The notes beneath the pieces are model-generated. The model was given only the letters and a program-made list of their open reading frames with translations. It ran no database searches and was not told the origin of the DNA. The position numbers and the translations under genes were made by a program. This document shows, in pieces, positions 9,663-20,068 of a stretch of 64,000 nucleotides of DNA (the stretch's first letter is position 1; each line of letters begins with the position of its first letter). The DNA comes from Anaerohalosphaeraceae bacterium (GTDB lineage Bacteria; Planctomycetota; Phycisphaerae; Sedimentisphaerales; Anaerohalosphaeraceae). Location of the stretch: contig JBNRMN010000010.1 of the NCBI GenBank assembly GCA_050309605.1, positions 1 to 64,000 on the forward strand. The letters are read 5' to 3'.

Positions 9663-12023
9663 ATGTCAGCAAGCTGTTCGGTGTGGAGTTTCAATATGAA
9701 AATGAGTTCTAAATCGTTTCAAGTCAAAGTTCACCTTGTTTTTGTATGGTTTTTTCTGTGTTTTCCTGTGTTCTGCGTTTCGGATGTTATTTTAGATGTT
9801 GATTGGGGTTCCTTTCTCTCTCGCAGTGACTTGGTATGGACGCAGTTGCCGACTGGCTGGAAGGACGGGGCGTTTACCGGTAACGGCATTATCGGAACGG
9901 TGTTCTGGCAAGAAGAGGACGGCTCTTTATTTTTTGAGGTCAGCCGAACGGATGCGTACGATCACCGTAACAACAGTTCGATTTACACCGGCCGGTATCG
10001 TATGCCGCACGGGAATTTTACACTTGATTTCGAGGGTGATAATCCAACCGGTCAGTTGCGATTGGACCTGTGGAATGCTGAGGTTCGCGGCCAGATCAAG
10101 ACCAGCCGCGGTTCAATGACGCTTCGCACCCTGACGCATGCGATTGACGACATCATTTTGCTGGAAATTCAACCCATCGGCGGCGAATCGCTGAATCTTG
10201 AGTGGCATCCGGATATTTGTCAGACGTCTCGTCCGGAACAACGCGGCAGGCCCGGCACAACGCCTTATCCGCCGCAAACACGCCATACGGTTGACGACGT
10301 TACAGTCAGTGTACAGGAGATGCCCGACAGCCCTGAGTATGATACACAGGGGCGCGGTCCCGGTCAGTCGGCAACCGGCTGGAAGATCGTCAACGGCGGC
10401 GACGGGACCTTTTATGTCTATATCAGTCGGACGCATTCCTGGCCCGGCACAACGGCGAAACAGCAGGCCGCCGACAATGTCAATCGAGCGGCGGCAAGGG
10501 GGGTGAGACAGTTCATTCAGACCCACCGTCAGTGGTGGCACGACTATTATCAAAAGAGCTTTTTATCGATACCAAGCTGTCGTTTGGAAAGTTTTTACTG
10601 GATTCAGATGTACAAAATGGCCTCGGCGACGCGGGCCGACCGGCCGATTATCGATTTGGCCGGGCCGTGGTATTTACGCGGCACGCCGTGGCCGGGTATC
10701 TGGTGGAATTTAAATATTCAGGCCACGTATGCGCCATTTTATGCGGCCAATCATAACGATACGGCCGATTCGCTGATCAATTGGATGATCAAATATAAAG
10801 ACAACCTTGAATCCAACGCCGGCGGCAACGGGCGGTATGCAATTGGTCGATCAGCGCCGATTACGCTCGAACGCCGTTGTCCGACATCGGGTTATGAGTT
10901 CGGCAATCTGGGCTATGCGCTGCACAATGTGTGGCAGCAGTATCGCTGTACAATGGATGATGAACTGCTGAAGGAAAAGCTGTATCCGCTGATGCGGGGA
11001 CATTATCGATTTGCGATGGATTATTATGTCGAAAAGATGGATGACGGCACATATCATCTCAAGCCGAGCGGTTCGCCGGAATATACGCGAGACGGGTATC
11101 CGCCGCCGCGAAACTGCAACTATAATCTGTCGATTTTGAAGTGGATGATGACAGCGATGGTCTATGCCGATGATCGTCTTAATCTGAACGACCCGATCAT
11201 TTCGGAAGTCAAGACCGTTCTGGGCAATCTGGTCGAGTATCCGGTTCATCCTGAGGAGGGCTTTATGGTCGGTCAGGACCAGCGGTTTGCCTATTCACAT
11301 CGGCATTGGTCACATCTATTTATGATTTATCCGTTTTATGAATATACATACGATGATCCGGCCCAGGGTGCGTTGATTGATAAGTCGCTTGAGCATTGGT
11401 TGTCCTATTCGCAGGCTTTCCGCGGTTATTCGTGGCTGGCGGCGGCCTCAATGGCGGCGATGAAGGGGCAAGGAGATGCGGCTTTGGATTATATTCTCCG
11501 TTCGCTGGATCATCCACGGTATCCGGCGCAGCCCAATACATTCTATATCGAGGCCGGGCCGGTGATAGAAACGCCTCTGATGGCTGCACGGACGATTCAG
11601 GATTTGATATTGACCAGTTATAACGATGTCATTCGGGTATTTCCGGCGGTTCCTGCGGCGTGGAAAGACGCAGCATTCCACACCTTCCGAGCGGAAGGGG
11701 CCTTTTTAGTCAGCGCCAAACGTGAAAAAGGCAAAACCGTGTTCATTCGTATCGAAAGCCTGGCCGGGGAACCGTGTCGTGTTCAAACCGGAATGACCGG
11801 TCCAATCAAAGCGTACGGGGGGCGCGAATTCACGTTGACTGATGTCGGCGATGGAGTCATAGAGGTTGATCTTCGCAAGAGTGAGGCGGTTATTCTTTAT
11901 TCGGACGATCTGCCCGAACGAAGACTTCAGCCTGTGAATGTGTTCGATGCTGACAATTATTGGGGAACAATTGCCGACGGTCGTAAACCGGAGATACTCA
12001 AGATTGGTCCGGCACAGAACTGA
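9663..12023 (+). CDS. GH95-like (alpha/alpha)6 glycoside hydrolase (alpha-L-fucosidase/galactosidase-like)
   Basis: GAFTGNG, WWNLNIQ, SGSPEY, HRHWSHL, IRVFPAVP, FRAEGAFLVSA and a signal peptide. The true start is probably ~9696-9702. Confidence 0.7.
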   Translation: MSASCSVWSFNMKMSSKSFQVKVHLVFVWFFLCFPVFCVSDVILDVDWGSFLSRSDLVWTQLPTGWKDGAFTGNGIIGTVFWQEEDGSLFFEVSRTDAYDHRNNSSIYTGRYRMPHGNFTLDFEGDNPTGQLRLDLWNAEVRGQIKTSRGSMTLRTLTHAIDDIILLEIQPIGGESLNLEWHPDICQTSRPEQRGRPGTTPYPPQTRHTVDDVTVSVQEMPDSPEYDTQGRGPGQSATGWKIVNGGDGTFYVYISRTHSWPGTTAKQQAADNVNRAAARGVRQFIQTHRQWWHDYYQKSFLSIPSCRLESFYWIQMYKMASATRADRPIIDLAGPWYLRGTPWPGIWWNLNIQATYAPFYAANHNDTADSLINWMIKYKDNLESNAGGNGRYAIGRSAPITLERRCPTSGYEFGNLGYALHNVWQQYRCTMDDELLKEKLYPLMRGHYRFAMDYYVEKMDDGTYHLKPSGSPEYTRDGYPPPRNCNYNLSILKWMMTAMVYADDRLNLNDPIISEVKTVLGNLVEYPVHPEEGFMVGQDQRFAYSHRHWSHLFMIYPFYEYTYDDPAQGALIDKSLEHWLSYSQAFRGYSWLAAASMAAMKGQGDAALDYILRSLDHPRYPAQPNTFYIEAGPVIETPLMAARTIQDLILTSYNDVIRVFPAVPAAWKDAAFHTFRAEGAFLVSAKREKGKTVFIRIESLAGEPCRVQTGMTGPIKAYGGREFTLTDVGDGVIEVDLRKSEAVILYSDDLPERRLQPVNVFDADNYWGTIADGRKPEILKIGPAQN

Positions 12024-12186
12024 AAAACGCTTTATTGTTTTCGATTTGTGGACATTTTTTTGAAAGAATACTGAATCTGTGAAGATTTTTGGGATTGTCC
12101 ATACGATGTTGCAGCATTCGGGAAATTATTAAAAGAAGGTCATCGATATAAACGGCGGCGGCAATTTGCCGGCTGACGAGGCGCAA

Positions 12187-12705
12187 ATGAATGAATTTCA
12201 AAACACAGAGGAAATGACGCTTCATTGGACACAATGTCAATCTGTTGTGTCTGCTTATATTTCTTCTGCGATTCCCAATTTTGAAGACGCCAATGATGTT
12301 CTTCAAAGCGTGGCGTTGACCATTGTTCGTGCGTATGACAAATACGACAAACAATCGTCTTTCACGGCGTGGGCAATTGGCATTGCGCGCAACGAAATAC
12401 TTCACTATTATCGCAAAGTCGGGCGCGACCGGCATGTTTTCGATGATGATTTGGTTCAGCAGATTGCCCAGGTTTATCAGGAAAACGAAAACGAATTTTC
12501 CGAGCTTAAAAAAGCGCTGGAACAGTGTTTGTCAAAGCTTCAAGGACGATGGAAAGAAATCATTCAGTTACGATATTTGCGCGGTATGGATGCTCGCCGC
12601 ATTGGTCAGAGTTTCGGGATTTCTCAGAATGCGGTGTTTGCTCTGCTGCATCGGATTCGCCAGTCGCTTCGTGAGTGTATTCAGCGGACCGTGAAATATG
12701 AATAA
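12187..12705 (+). CDS. ECF sigma-70 factor (planctomycete/verrucomicrobial type), cassette 1
   Basis: DANDVLQSVAL, SFTAWAIGIARN, LEQCLSKL, LRY..G....I.....IS.NAV..LLHRIR..LRECI. Confidence 0.9.
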   Translation: MNEFQNTEEMTLHWTQCQSVVSAYISSAIPNFEDANDVLQSVALTIVRAYDKYDKQSSFTAWAIGIARNEILHYYRKVGRDRHVFDDDLVQQIAQVYQENENEFSELKKALEQCLSKLQGRWKEIIQLRYLRGMDARRIGQSFGISQNAVFALLHRIRQSLRECIQRTVKYE

Positions 12706-14398
12706 TAACGACAAGACAAGTCCGGAGCAGTTGTTTACGATTTATTTTGACGGTAGTCTTTCTCCGGGCCAGCGTCAGCAGTTGGTGGAATGGCTCAAAG
12801 CAAACAAGTCGCATATCAAACAGTTTGTTTATGCCTCTTATATCCACCGGGGAATGTACGATATTCTCTACGGTCAAGACACCCACAAAATCATCAGCCG
12901 AGGCGTTGATACGGAGGGGGTGTGTGCGGATGATTTCTGGAAAGCGTTGCTGGAGGAAGAAAAAAACGCGCCTTCGGTTGAACTTGAACAATCCGATGAA
13001 TGTAAGCCTGATGTGATTGTGCCCGACCGCAGTCAGATTCAGGTGACGCGCGGGCATATTAATCGATTTGCATGGGGCACGGCGTTTGCATCCCTGGCGG
13101 CGTTTTTTTTCCTGTTGATGTATGTCCATCTCAATCCGAGACCGGTTTCCGAGCCGGTGGCGGCGGTCAGCGATGTCATCAAAGTTCAGTCTCATGACTG
13201 GGATCCGGCCCTTCGTCCGGGGGTGCGGTTGTTGACGCGGGACGGTGTGTATCGCGTGGGGCAGGGACTTGCCAAAATTCAACTTGACAACGGGGTTCAT
13301 GCGGTGATTGAAGGTCCCGGTGAATTTGAATTGATCAGTTATGATGAAATCGCACTTCACTCCGGTCGGCTCTTCGCCTCTGTGCCGCGTCGGTCGGTGG
13401 GGTTTATCGTCAGTACCTCCAATGCCAAAGTCATTGATCTGGGGACTGAGTTCGGCGTATATGCAGACGGATACGGCGACACCGAGATCCATGTGCTGGA
13501 TGGACGAGTGTCTCTGGTCTCAGGGATGCGGGCCGACGTTCGACATTCACAGGTGGTTTCTGAATCTCAGGCGTGTCGTGTCAGGGGCGATTCCGAGACC
13601 ATTGAGCCGATTGACTTTCATCCCACCGCATTTGCTCGGGATATCAATTCAAAGACGCGGTTTATTTGGCGAGGTCAGCCGCTGGATCTGGCGGATATAG
13701 CGGGAGGGGGTAACGGATTGGGAACCGGTCGATTGAATGTATGTATTGATGTGGCCACCGGCAGGCTCAGAGAAGATATACCGCGAGCTCGCATTCAGTT
13801 GGAAAAGCCCTATGTGGCGACGGAGCAGTTGCCTTTTGTGGACGGGCTTTTTATTCCGGACGGACGAAACGGGCCCATTGAGGTGACCTCCGAGGGACAT
13901 CTTTATGAGGCGCCTGCGACGCTGGGAGAAACGTATTACGGCGTCTTTAACGGCTCTGTACTGCCGCTGCGAACGGGCGACAATTATGTGGATCATCCCG
14001 TTCAGTTCAGAGGGACTATTTACGGGACTTCCGAACAGCCGGCGCTGATGCTGCATTCCAATTTGGGTGTGACGTTTGATTTACAGGCCATTCGTAAGAC
14101 GCTGCCGCCCGGAAGACGTATCACAGGTTTTTCGGCTCGCTGCGGAATCGCTGAAGGTCCGCTGCGTTCGCGGCGCGACGAGGATTACTCGGACTTTTTT
14201 GTGCTGGTCGATGGCGTGGAGCGATTTCGGGCGGTGGATATGAATTATCTGTCGGAGATGAGGCCGGTGAAAGTGGAGTTGACGGACAACGATCGGTTTT
14301 TGACGTTGATGACCACGGACGGCAGAGACGGAACCCTTCATTTGGGCTGGTCGTTCTTTGCCGAGCCGCAATTGACCGTCGGTTTGGAACACGAGTAA
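12698..14398 (+). CDS. FecR-type transmembrane anti-sigma factor with C-terminal NPCBM/NEW2-like domain, cassette 1
   Basis: Overlaps the sigma stop. One TM helix (AFASLAAFFFLLMYV), FecR motif VIDLGTEFGV and C-terminal HSNLGVTFDL...DRFLTLMTTDG. Confidence 0.85.
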   Translation: MNNNDKTSPEQLFTIYFDGSLSPGQRQQLVEWLKANKSHIKQFVYASYIHRGMYDILYGQDTHKIISRGVDTEGVCADDFWKALLEEEKNAPSVELEQSDECKPDVIVPDRSQIQVTRGHINRFAWGTAFASLAAFFFLLMYVHLNPRPVSEPVAAVSDVIKVQSHDWDPALRPGVRLLTRDGVYRVGQGLAKIQLDNGVHAVIEGPGEFELISYDEIALHSGRLFASVPRRSVGFIVSTSNAKVIDLGTEFGVYADGYGDTEIHVLDGRVSLVSGMRADVRHSQVVSESQACRVRGDSETIEPIDFHPTAFARDINSKTRFIWRGQPLDLADIAGGGNGLGTGRLNVCIDVATGRLREDIPRARIQLEKPYVATEQLPFVDGLFIPDGRNGPIEVTSEGHLYEAPATLGETYYGVFNGSVLPLRTGDNYVDHPVQFRGTIYGTSEQPALMLHSNLGVTFDLQAIRKTLPPGRRITGFSARCGIAEGPLRSRRDEDYSDFFVLVDGVERFRAVDMNYLSEMRPVKVELTDNDRFLTLMTTDGRDGTLHLGWSFFAEPQLTVGLEHE

Positions 14399-14442
14399 GC
14401 GCATGGAAGAAATTGCCTGATATTCAGCGGAGAATTGTGAAA

Positions 14443-15339
14443 ATGAAAGTTTCAAAAGGATTTACGCTGATTGAACTGCTGGTGGTGATTGCGATTATCG
14501 CGCTGCTGATGGCCATCGTGGTCCCGGGGCTGAGGGCGGCCAAGCTCAAGGCGCAGCTTGTAATTGATATGTCCAATTTGAGCGGTCTTGCCAAAGCATG
14601 GTTTATGTATTCACAGAATTTTGACGGTGAACTGATGGGAGGAAACGCGCCGGGAAACGCCGGCGGCGGTGTGGCCGGTTCGTGGACGAGGGCGCCTTAT
14701 TTTACATGGGTGGATTACCCGATATCGAAAAGCAATCCTGCGCAGTATGCCGGTGCGGATTTTGACTATCAGGAAGAGATTCTCGGTATTGAGAACGGGC
14801 TGATGTTTGACTATGTCGGAAAAGCGGAGATGTATCACTGTGCGGCGGACAAGCGCTATTTGAGTCCCCCGGCGCGATCCGGGGCCGCCTCTTTGCACGG
14901 GGGATATCGGTCTTATTCGATGACCGGCGGCGCACGAGGCGGCACGTGGAATGCGACGCTGGGTCGATACGCGGCGACAGGAGCCAATTTTCAATATGTG
15001 GCGGTAACCACGTTCTCACAGATCAAATCTCCCGGCAACAAATACATTTTCGTGGAAGAAAATGACGGACGCGGTCTGAATGCCGGCCCCTGGGATCAGG
15101 ATATGCGGCAGTTGACTCAGCCCAGCTCAACGTGGCGTTGGGTGGATGTGCCGGCGGTTTGGCATATGGGACGCAGCAGTTTCGGATTTGCCGACGGTCA
15201 TGCGGACGCTCACAAATGGAACGATCCCGACTTGATTCCGGCGGCCGAGGAGGGTGTGCAGTATGTCCCCGTCAGTCCGGCCGGGGTGGAGGATTTTGCC
15301 TTTATTTTGCACGGTTTTCCTTTTTTGGAATTGCCGTGA
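14443..15339 (+). CDS. prepilin-type N-terminal cleavage/methylation protein with H-X9-DG motif (DUF1559-like), cassette 1
   Basis: [26 protein letters not shown] and H-MGRSSFGFA-DG. GGAG RBS before ATG 14443. Confidence 0.9.
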   Translation: MKVSKGFTLIELLVVIAIIALLMAIVVPGLRAAKLKAQLVIDMSNLSGLAKAWFMYSQNFDGELMGGNAPGNAGGGVAGSWTRAPYFTWVDYPISKSNPAQYAGADFDYQEEILGIENGLMFDYVGKAEMYHCAADKRYLSPPARSGAASLHGGYRSYSMTGGARGGTWNATLGRYAATGANFQYVAVTTFSQIKSPGNKYIFVEENDGRGLNAGPWDQDMRQLTQPSSTWRWVDVPAVWHMGRSSFGFADGHADAHKWNDPDLIPAAEEGVQYVPVSPAGVEDFAFILHGFPFLELP

Positions 15340-15525
15340 AAGGCGATGGAAATAGAGATTGCGAGATATGATGATTTGATACATGACGGAAATTGATCAT
15401 AGGGTTAAGGATTGTCGCAGACACATTCAGAAAACAGAGAAAGGAGAGTTGAGAGATGAAATGAGAAAGGGTGATGATTCCTGATTTCGCGTGGAAAACG
15501 TGGAATGATGGTGTCAACGTCAGTG

Positions 15526-15553
15526 TGTAAGCGTGTTTTTGATTTTTCGTACA
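15526..15553 (+). promoter_or_regulatory. candidate ECF promoter TGTAAGC-N15-CGTACA
   Basis: Matches the recurrent motif and lies ~60 nt upstream of the 15611 ATG. Confidence 0.45.
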
Positions 15554-15610
15554 GACAGCACGTTTCTTGCAGTGAAAAGAAAACTGTAAATTTGTTTCGG
15601 AGGATGTATT

Positions 15611-17713
15611 ATGAGAAAGATGAGATTGATTTTTATGGTCATTGCGACGGCACTGATAGGCATCGGTGCATTATCGCCCGTCCGTGCGGAGTTGGTGGCG
15701 CACTATCCCTTTGACGACGGGACCGCAACGGATATCTCCGGCAACGCCAATCACGGTGTCCTTGTCGGGAATGTGGCTATGTCGCCCGATCCCGAACGCG
15801 GAAATGTGATGTATTTCCCCGGCGGAAACGGCAACTATATTCGCGTGCCGGCGAGTCCCAGTTTGAACGCCGTTGCGGCATCTTATACCTTGGCGGTGTG
15901 GCTGAATCGTCCTGCCGACACCATGGGGCAGTTCATTGAAAAAGGCGGAACCGGCCGCAGCGCGTGGTATGAGCCGCCGTGGGGCGTCCGTCTGGAGAGC
16001 GACGGTCTGCTGCGTTTGAACTGGGGCAATACTCCCTGGTACACGAATTCGGCGATTCCTCTTAATACCTGGACTCACGTGGCAATAGTCTTTGACGCTT
16101 CTCTTCCGTCGAACCAGCGAAAGGTGTACATTGACGGCGTGCTGGATGCAGAAAGTGACTGGGCTGCCGCAAGTACGAACACCTATGATCTGTTCATTGG
16201 TACGGACTGGTATAGCGGTGTTTCGCGATGGGGTCTCAATGCGTATCTGAGTGATCTTCAAATTTTCAGTACAGCCCTGTCCGAGTCCGATATTATCAAC
16301 GTGATGACTGGGACGGGAGTAACGGATATTGACCCGCCCAACGGTGCGATTCGTGTGCCGGTGGATCAGGTTCTTTCGTGGAATCCTCCAGAAATAGAGG
16401 ATCCGAATTTTGTGATAACGGGGTATGATGTTTATTTTGATCCGAATCAGGTCAAAGTGGCCGATGGCGATATTACGGTGAAAGTCGCAACCCATCAACC
16501 TGAAACCACGTATGATCCCGGATTACTGGACTATGTCAGAACCTATTACTGGCGTGTGGATGTGGTCGGCCAATACGATAATCTGCCCGATCCGAATATC
16601 TTTCCCGGGGCGGTTTTTTCCTTTACGACAATGTCCTTGTCGCCGGAAATTATCGGTCAGCCGGTCGATCAGGTGCGCGGCCCGGCCAACGGCAAGCCGG
16701 ACGCCGTTCTGGCGGTCGAAGCGCTGAATGCGACCCATTATCAATGGTATAAAGACGACGCACCGATAGCCGGTTCCACGGATCCGACGCTGACGATTGC
16801 CGGCGTTCAGCCGGGCGACGAGGGGCAATACTATTGCGTCGTGTCCAATATCGACAGCCCCGATGAAATTCAATCAAATACGGTCTGGGTCGAATATGCC
16901 CGCCTGACCAGTCAGTGGGATTTCGAACAAACCCTGACGGATGCGATTGGCGACTATGACGGCATCTATTACGATCCGAACGAGTCGCCGGGCGTCTTTG
17001 CGACCGACAGCCGGTCGGGCAATTATGCGGTTCAGTTCGGCGGCGAAGACGATTGGGTTGAGCTGCCGGTGACGGCCTTGCCCAAAGCCGGCACCGAGAT
17101 GACGTTTGCCTTCTGGGCCAAGAACTTCACGCCGTCGGTGGGGACGGTGACGTTGTACGCCAGTGCGGACGCCGCACCGGGTGACCGTCTGATCAACATC
17201 CATACCCCCTGGAGCAACAACAATGCTTATCTGGATGTCTCCAACCCCGATGCGGGCGGAAGTTATGATCGGGTATCCGCCGGCGGTGCGGTAAACGGGG
17301 CAGTCGAGCCTTACTGGATTCACTGGGTCTTTACCAAAGACGCGGAAACCGGTGTGATGCGAATTTACCGAAACGGTCAGCGGGTCGGCCAGTCAACCGG
17401 TCAGACGCGACGCTACTCTGGCGCCGACCGATTCTTCCTCGGTGCCAATCGCAATGCCGACGAGCAGTTCGGTCAGTTCTTCAATGGGCTGATTGACGAC
17501 CTGAGGATTTACAACTATGCTCTGGGTGAGGTTGAAACGGCGTATTTGTATTATGATATGGCCGGCGAAAAAGTATGTGTTGACCCGGCCGATCCTGTAT
17601 TGGCCCTCTACGACTTTAACGGCAACTGTAAGATCGATCTGGGTGATATTGCCGAACTGGCCTCCCATTGGCTGACTTGCCAGCGGGTTCCGGATTGTAT
17701 TGAACGTCCCTGA
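15611..17713 (+). CDS. secreted LamG - FN3-like - Ig - LamG - dockerin-like protein
   Basis: Signal peptide, WTHVAIVFD...YIDG, YYWRVD, YQWYKD...DEGQYYC, FNGLIDDLRIYNYAL and C-terminal DFNGNCKIDLGDIAELASHWL. Confidence 0.85.
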   Translation: MRKMRLIFMVIATALIGIGALSPVRAELVAHYPFDDGTATDISGNANHGVLVGNVAMSPDPERGNVMYFPGGNGNYIRVPASPSLNAVAASYTLAVWLNRPADTMGQFIEKGGTGRSAWYEPPWGVRLESDGLLRLNWGNTPWYTNSAIPLNTWTHVAIVFDASLPSNQRKVYIDGVLDAESDWAAASTNTYDLFIGTDWYSGVSRWGLNAYLSDLQIFSTALSESDIINVMTGTGVTDIDPPNGAIRVPVDQVLSWNPPEIEDPNFVITGYDVYFDPNQVKVADGDITVKVATHQPETTYDPGLLDYVRTYYWRVDVVGQYDNLPDPNIFPGAVFSFTTMSLSPEIIGQPVDQVRGPANGKPDAVLAVEALNATHYQWYKDDAPIAGSTDPTLTIAGVQPGDEGQYYCVVSNIDSPDEIQSNTVWVEYARLTSQWDFEQTLTDAIGDYDGIYYDPNESPGVFATDSRSGNYAVQFGGEDDWVELPVTALPKAGTEMTFAFWAKNFTPSVGTVTLYASADAAPGDRLINIHTPWSNNNAYLDVSNPDAGGSYDRVSAGGAVNGAVEPYWIHWVFTKDAETGVMRIYRNGQRVGQSTGQTRRYSGADRFFLGANRNADEQFGQFFNGLIDDLRIYNYALGEVETAYLYYDMAGEKVCVDPADPVLALYDFNGNCKIDLGDIAELASHWLTCQRVPDCIERP

Positions 17714-17772
17714 GACGTTTCAGATCGCATCGTTCAAATAAAAGACGTTTAACGTTTGTTTGAAAGGGGATA

Positions 17773-19998
17773 ATGATGAAACGAGTAACAGGTCATATGT
17801 GGATCCTGCTGACGGTTCTGGTGATGGGAATCGCCGCCGTACAGGCGGACCTTTCTTTTGTCGATGATTTTGAGAATCGTACCGGCCACATCCACAATAC
17901 GCCGACCGCCGGCGGAGACGGCACGTGGAGTACGAACAATGGGACAACCGGCAATGTGGTGCTTGAAACGAACAGCGGCAGTACGGTGGTGCGTTTTATG
18001 ACCACCACCGCCGGAGACGGTCGCGGCGTCGGGTTTGCCGACATCGACAATCCGGTTGAGAACACCGAGAAAGGGATTCTGTTCTTCCGATTCTCGGTGC
18101 GTTCTGAAAGCAACGCAGCAGATACGTATCTGGGAATCCACGCGATGTCCGGCACAACACCGTTTGGCTCCAGCCAGCGGGCCAATCCGCAGGATTATAT
18201 TGTCGCTGGGTTCCGCCTTGTCAACGGCGAGGGCAGTCTGGTCAATCTGGTGAACACAAGGGACTCCGATTCCGTCTTTTTGTCCGGGTTGTCCCGAGGG
18301 CAGTGGTATAATTGCTGGATTGAAGCGGATAATGTGGCCGATACGTTTAATCTGTTTATCAGCGAAGCGGACGGCCCGGCCGGACCGGCAACCCTTCCGA
18401 CGCCCGCCGACAAAGTTGGCGATACCGTTCCCTTCGGCGTGGCGACGGATGATCCGCTGACCGGTGCGTTTTTCGGCACACCCAGTATTGGATCAACTGA
18501 CAGATCAACCCAGCAGTCGGCACGTGTGTTCATTGACGAGGTGTATTGGGACGGCGACAGGGGACTCAGTTCGCTGGTTGCGCAGAATCCCAATCCGGGC
18601 AACAATGCCGCTGGTGTGGCGCCGGAAGCGATCCTGTCGTGGGAAGCGCCGGACGATGAAAGCATCGGGCAGATACTGTGGTATGATGTGTATATGGATC
18701 CCAATGAGACAAAAGTGGCGACGGCGGATCCGGCCGCTTTACGAAGCGCTGCTCAGACCGAAACCGCTTATGATCCGGTGCCGGATATGCTGTTTGACAG
18801 CCGGTACTTCTGGCGGGTGGATACGACGGTTATTTTTGCGGCCGATCCCAATCAGGATATGGTAATCTCCGAAGGCGCTGTCTGGTCGTTTACCACCAAG
18901 ACGCCCGCCCCCGAAATTGTCGGCCAGCCTGAGGATGTGCTTGTCGGGCCGGGAGAAACGGCGGTCTTTGTGGTGGATGTCAGCAGCCCTTATGCGACGG
19001 CATCCTATCAATGGTATGCGTCAACCGACCGCGCCAACAATACGCCGGCCGATGATGTGCTGCTTGCCGGGGCAACATCGGAGACGCTGACGCTTTTGGA
19101 CGTGTCAGCGGCTGACGAACGGTTTTATTACTGCGAAGTTTCCAATGTGTATAACGGGACGACCTATACGGTCTATTCCGATGCGGCGGCGCTGGGCGTC
19201 AAGCGCAAAGTCGCCCACTGGACGCTCGATGAACTCGTGAACGGACAGTACGCCGACAGCAGCGGTGAAGGCCGTCATGCCGATCCGAACGGCGTACCGG
19301 CCTTTATTCCCGGCGTCAATCCGGATTTGACCGGCAACGGTGTTGTCGTTGATCCGGACAATGGCTGGGCACATGCCGGCACGTGGGATCCATCGCTGTT
19401 TTCCGGTCAGTTGACGATTTCGATGTGGGTCAAATGGGCCGGTCAGACCACCCCGTTCAGTTATCAGGGGTTGATCGGCAAGCGAAATGTCTATAGCAGC
19501 GATATGCGGTGGCAGTTGGAAATCGCAAACAACGCAGCCAGTCTGCTGACCTTCAAGAGCAATATCAACGGCATTACCGGACCGATTTTGCCGGTTGATG
19601 AATGGGAGCAGGTCGTTGTGACGTATGACGGGGGCACCGCGACGATGTACCGCAATGGGACGCCGGTGGTCAGCGGGCCGGTCACGCTTAACGACGGCTT
19701 TGCAGCCAATATGATGCTTGGTGCGGTCGGCTGGGATCCGACATCGCCGACGCCGACGTCGATTCTCAACGGTGCGCTGGATGACATTCAGCTTTTCAAC
19801 TATGCCCTCGATCCGGTAACGGTGGCCTATTCTTATACGGACATCTCCGGCGAAACGGCTTGTGTGAATCCGGATGATCCGGTTTTGCTCCGGTATGACC
19901 TGGACGGCGATTGTCAGGTCGGGTTGGGCGATCTGGTGATGTTGATAGAGCACTGGCTGGCCGGACAACTGGTGCCGGATGTTATTGATCGTCCGTAG
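17773..19998 (+). CDS. secreted protein: unknown N-terminal jelly-roll-like domain - FN3-like - Ig - LamG - dockerin-like
   Basis: Signal peptide, YFWRVD, YQWY...DERFYYC, LNGALDDIQLFNYAL and DLDGDCQVGLGDL..LIEHWL. Confidence 0.85.
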   Translation: MMKRVTGHMWILLTVLVMGIAAVQADLSFVDDFENRTGHIHNTPTAGGDGTWSTNNGTTGNVVLETNSGSTVVRFMTTTAGDGRGVGFADIDNPVENTEKGILFFRFSVRSESNAADTYLGIHAMSGTTPFGSSQRANPQDYIVAGFRLVNGEGSLVNLVNTRDSDSVFLSGLSRGQWYNCWIEADNVADTFNLFISEADGPAGPATLPTPADKVGDTVPFGVATDDPLTGAFFGTPSIGSTDRSTQQSARVFIDEVYWDGDRGLSSLVAQNPNPGNNAAGVAPEAILSWEAPDDESIGQILWYDVYMDPNETKVATADPAALRSAAQTETAYDPVPDMLFDSRYFWRVDTTVIFAADPNQDMVISEGAVWSFTTKTPAPEIVGQPEDVLVGPGETAVFVVDVSSPYATASYQWYASTDRANNTPADDVLLAGATSETLTLLDVSAADERFYYCEVSNVYNGTTYTVYSDAAALGVKRKVAHWTLDELVNGQYADSSGEGRHADPNGVPAFIPGVNPDLTGNGVVVDPDNGWAHAGTWDPSLFSGQLTISMWVKWAGQTTPFSYQGLIGKRNVYSSDMRWQLEIANNAASLLTFKSNINGITGPILPVDEWEQVVVTYDGGTATMYRNGTPVVSGPVTLNDGFAANMMLGAVGWDPTSPTPTSILNGALDDIQLFNYALDPVTVAYSYTDISGETACVNPDDPVLLRYDLDGDCQVGLGDLVMLIEHWLAGQLVPDVIDRP

Positions 19999-20068
19999 CA
20001 TAAGGTTTTGCAGAGGGAAGCGTCGCCGCGGCGGCGCTTCCCTGATTGTTAAGAAGAAAGGGGGCGCT

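Noticed and set aside
15430..15484. Purine-rich stretch with AAGGAG and mini-ORFs (ATGAAATGA; ATGAGAAAG resembling the 15611 start)
   Set aside because: Too short to support a leader peptide or gene remnant.
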